In this document: positions 58,801 to 60,662 of the stretch, piece by piece | How positions within the stretch are numbered: position 1 is the first letter of the stretch | Layout of the letters: each line of letters begins with the position of its first letter | Origin: a virus | Lineage: Duplodnaviria; Caudoviricetes | Virus record (IMG/VR): IMGVR_UViG_3300011339_000240 | Location: 1-60,662 of that record | Direction: 5' to 3' (one strand) | DNA: 60,662 nt | Notes under the pieces: generated by a model | What the model was told of the DNA's origin: nothing | Database searches by the model: none | Seen by the model: the letters and a program-made list of their open reading frames with translations, nothing else | Program-made: the position numbers and the translations under genes

Positions 58801-60662
58801 TCAGCAAGGTTGACAACCATATTTAATGCTTCTTTTGCTTTGCCTTTTTGTCTCTGGTCTGCATCAACAAGCAGAGCCTCAAGCGTCATCTCGCCATCGT
58901 CTGCCGTATATTTCACAACAGAACCACGTTCCTGTATTAGCACACCACTAGAAACAGAAATGCGAACGCCATTTTTTTCCCATGTTCCAAACTCTTTAAA
59001 ACGTCGGGGGTTACCACGCTCAAGACGCTGGTATCCATTAGCTATTAAACCACTAGGGATACTTGTGTAATTTTTATTGCGTAGACTTTTTGCTTCGCCT
59101 TTAACCTGTTTACCTTCTGGTTTCAACGCGCCCTTTTCCGCCTTACTAAAGATTTGTTCAGCAGATTCCATCTTTGTCAGAGCAGACTTGATGGATTGAA
59201 ATAGGTTACGCAACTTCTGAAGGATAGCCTGAATCATTCCTGCTGGTGGCTTGGTGGCATCAAAGTCTGCAAAGGCATCAGCAACAGCCTCTTCAGTAAT
59301 CTTCTCCATATCCCCTTTGTACTCACGCATGTAAGCGTCATACCGGGACTCTTCGCCAGCCTTCAGTGGTTTGCCGTCTACGTCCCTTTGTTTAAGGTAC
59401 TGGTCAATCCATTTATCCTTTGCCATCTTGGACAAAGAGTTCCACTGTGCATCGGTAAAGAAACCAAGCTCTCGCAACGCATGGACAGATTCATGTCTCA
59501 AAGCGCGGATTGGATTGGCAGAGTCAGCAGCTATTTGGATAAGTTCCCCCGCATAGGAACCTTCTTCCCTCATTCCCTCAGAAAGTTTTAGGCCAACATC
59601 TTTTAAGCCAAACTTGTTTAACAGGGTACGGAGTGATTGCTCAAAGGCAGTTATCTGCTTTTCAGATTTGCCGCGAAGGGAGAACATTGCTTCTTGATCT
59701 GCATTATCAGAGCGATCTTCCTCCATTTTTAATTCTTCTAGCGCGGGCGGAGTTAACACCTCTTCTAAGCCAGCGTCTTGTCGTAACTTTTTATACAACT
59801 CAGGGTTTGTATGAAAGTTTTCTAAATCGTTTACCGTCTTCTCAAGCTCAGCTATTTTGGCTTTTGTTTGCTCAATGTTTTTAACATCTACGCCGCCCAG
59901 CTTTGCCTTTTCAGGGCTCTTTGCTGCACCTTTAATAGCAGACAGTTGTTGCCGCGCTTCTCTTTGTTGCTTGGTGGCCTCTTTGGTTACAGCCTCCGCC
60001 TCTTTAGCAAATGAATCATCAAAGCCAAACAAGTCACCGCTACCTTCTTGCCCCTTAAACCCAGCAGCCATAGCAGACCGCATGAAGTTCACAGCATGAT
60101 TGATAGACTTCCCATCCTTAACCTGAGCCATGCCAAGGTTTTGTAGAGCGTCATCCTTGGGTGCGTTTATGGCAATTGAAGTTGCGGCATCATCGGAGAT
60201 TTCTTTGTTAAAGTGCGCGGCAATGAGCGATGGGCTTCCAGCATCCGCAATCTCGTAAGCCTGTCTCCCGATGGCAGTGTTAAGGAGTCCCTCTGATCTT
60301 GCTTGGTCTTTTTGGAGGCCAAATTCTTTGAAGAAGCTAACATAATCTTTTACCTTTCCTCGTCCGTCTTTTACGTTAAGTTCAATGTCAAGCATACGAG
60401 CCATGTCAGCATTAAAGCCTTCTGACTCTTTGTAAATCTGTGCCGGAATAGTCTTCTCTCCACTGCGCTGTGCAAGATCAAGACGGTGGCGACCACTGAT
60501 AACTTCTAATGCCCCATTGTCCCGTTGCCATACTTGAATAGGAGAAGCTAAACGACGATCAAACTTTCCTTCAAGCTTGGATGTTTGAACTACACCAGCT
60601 TGGTTTGCGTCACTTTTGAATTGGGGAACATCTTCAGATAGCTTCAATTCTGAAACTGGAAC
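55803..60662 (-). CDS. 3' part of large polyvalent protein: ParB-like domain, HExxH metallopeptidase, GNAT, LPD38-like C-terminus
   Basis: VISGRHRL; LRHESVH..EEAVAD; QRQKGKA..LRAFYASAGF; YVPFFR, IPFFGAY. Confidence 0.8.
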   Translation of the reverse strand, partial: VPVSELKLSEDVPQFKSDANQAGVVQTSKLEGKFDRRLASPIQVWQRDNGALEVISGRHRLDLAQRSGEKTIPAQIYKESEGFNADMARMLDIELNVKDGRGKVKDYVSFFKEFGLQKDQARSEGLLNTAIGRQAYEIADAGSPSLIAAHFNKEISDDAATSIAINAPKDDALQNLGMAQVKDGKSINHAVNFMRSAMAAGFKGQEGSGDLFGFDDSFAKEAEAVTKEATKQQREARQQLSAIKGAAKSPEKAKLGGVDVKNIEQTKAKIAELEKTVNDLENFHTNPELYKKLRQDAGLEEVLTPPALEELKMEEDRSDNADQEAMFSLRGKSEKQITAFEQSLRTLLNKFGLKDVGLKLSEGMREEGSYAGELIQIAADSANPIRALRHESVHALRELGFFTDAQWNSLSKMAKDKWIDQYLKQRDVDGKPLKAGEESRYDAYMREYKGDMEKITEEAVADAFADFDATKPPAGMIQAILQKLRNLFQSIKSALTKMESAEQIFSKAEKGALKPEGKQVKGEAKSLRNKNYTSIPSGLIANGYQRLERGNPRRFKEFGTWEKNGVRISVSSGVLIQERGSVVKYTADDGEMTLEALLVDADQRQKGKAKEALNMVVNLADDVGVELYLEPVQLEKNAGMDAGQLRAFYASAGFEPTEKSGKVMVRKPRKVGDYGLTNADIRKNLRSQAGKEKASTAEGQAALDITGGLGRVSAQPDPTYKEQIRAGWNNITDNPKATAAAAKAGVVKWSDKLQTWSFSSDAAINNSIRRGVEEFVKDNEQAVGTMLNISQSQVVHADALANLFLTSGNLKYDKELYKYEAVEDKANIVELAKQLGEIKDKYGLTQAQTELIGHTAFEAKRLKSLLQFNNQVDQEVAAMRAEADKLDMDAMQDLLNPLAAQPGKETAANALREKATRRSKDKKFIHMTAAEIAAGNKLFKVIPELNGVVETWNQMRDNAANMLVDSGLWSKKEAEFLLSNADYVPFFREEQLEKGKGPKEYIRGLMVQAQEKKLKGSNKPVNDIFDNMNRWMQYSVNRAVRNRSALSLIDTAAEFGQAKKIASKADGDNAVRVWRNGKEEFYDMADPMFVEAFTGLESITIPAWKWASTVANILRQSVVLNPLFTVAQIPQDSFAAMFTSGLKPQYALQIPVRAVKEFAKTLAHRSATNNELKKYGVVGVRDFTSQMARLDAQVYAGMKASPGIIGRLKSSLEHIAMAGDNAVRQATYEAALAQKLSKAEALEKSFEIWNIRRKGTSQSLAIASQVIPFFGAYLAAQNVMLKTITLQSTSPTERNAALGALIGTTASVMTLSLLYAMMNGDDEDYLKKPAAIRDRMLMVPGTNGFGIPLRSDLFSIPKIITEHMYLMITDKGYEDGRKFRDSMANALGNSFLSPTVVPQAIKPGLEVLVNYDFFQGRSLIGEYQKRLEKERQFNESTSEIAKMMGKFGVSPIAADHLMRGMFGSAGGLIIYMTNPLLHSDPNVDKPTMSARDMLATLPGASSFVSKEKESALKADFYVLRDEVGKVTNTLSDLKQRSPEKIAEYIADPDVMAKLGVSKAVQGIDRKLGEIRKAMTRISNLPTSVMDSDEKQKQIKQLRESETEMLKAINVKNLREMAKI
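60535..60662. repeat. Terminal direct repeat, right copy
   Basis: Identical to 1..128. Confidence 0.95.

Noticed and set aside
1-60662. Alternative genetic code or tRNA genes
   Set aside because: Genes are full length in the standard code; no cloverleaf recognised by eye (tRNAscan would be needed to exclude)

Overview
The window is an apparently complete, circularly assembled tailed-phage genome. A 128-bp terminal overlap (1..128 = 60535..60662) gives a unit length of about 60,534 bp. The gene set is podovirus-like, and the host is probably a freshwater betaproteobacterium (inference only). Layout: (1) a minus-strand packaging, structural and lysis block (terS, LexA-like HTH, intein-containing terL, portal, GroES, scaffold, gpT-like major capsid protein, glycosyltransferase, small basic proteins, adaptors, tail fibres, holin/endolysin, nozzle, internal virion proteins), ending in a ~2,065-aa polyvalent protein that spans the assembly junction; (2) a plus-strand cluster of small early genes (37.5-41.1 kb); (3) a minus-strand replication/recombination block (PD-(D/E)XK nuclease, ERF, SSB, SF2 helicase, TOPRIM primase); (4) a plus-strand accessory block ending in a ParB-like gene. 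I recognised no DNA polymerase, integrase, tRNA or CRISPR array. Most notable observations: a terminase intein whose endonuclease VII is encoded as a separate gene in the -1 frame inside the intein; a family of virion-module proteins sharing hydrophobic-x-x-GG motifs and a C-terminal RADGxAxRGKTKG tag, alongside a candidate processing domain; a 16-bp palindrome plus IHF-box element next to parB; a stand-alone minimal glycyl-tRNA synthetase core; and several structured RNA candidates, including a ~370-nt non-coding block. All product calls come from motif recognition by eye, not database searches.
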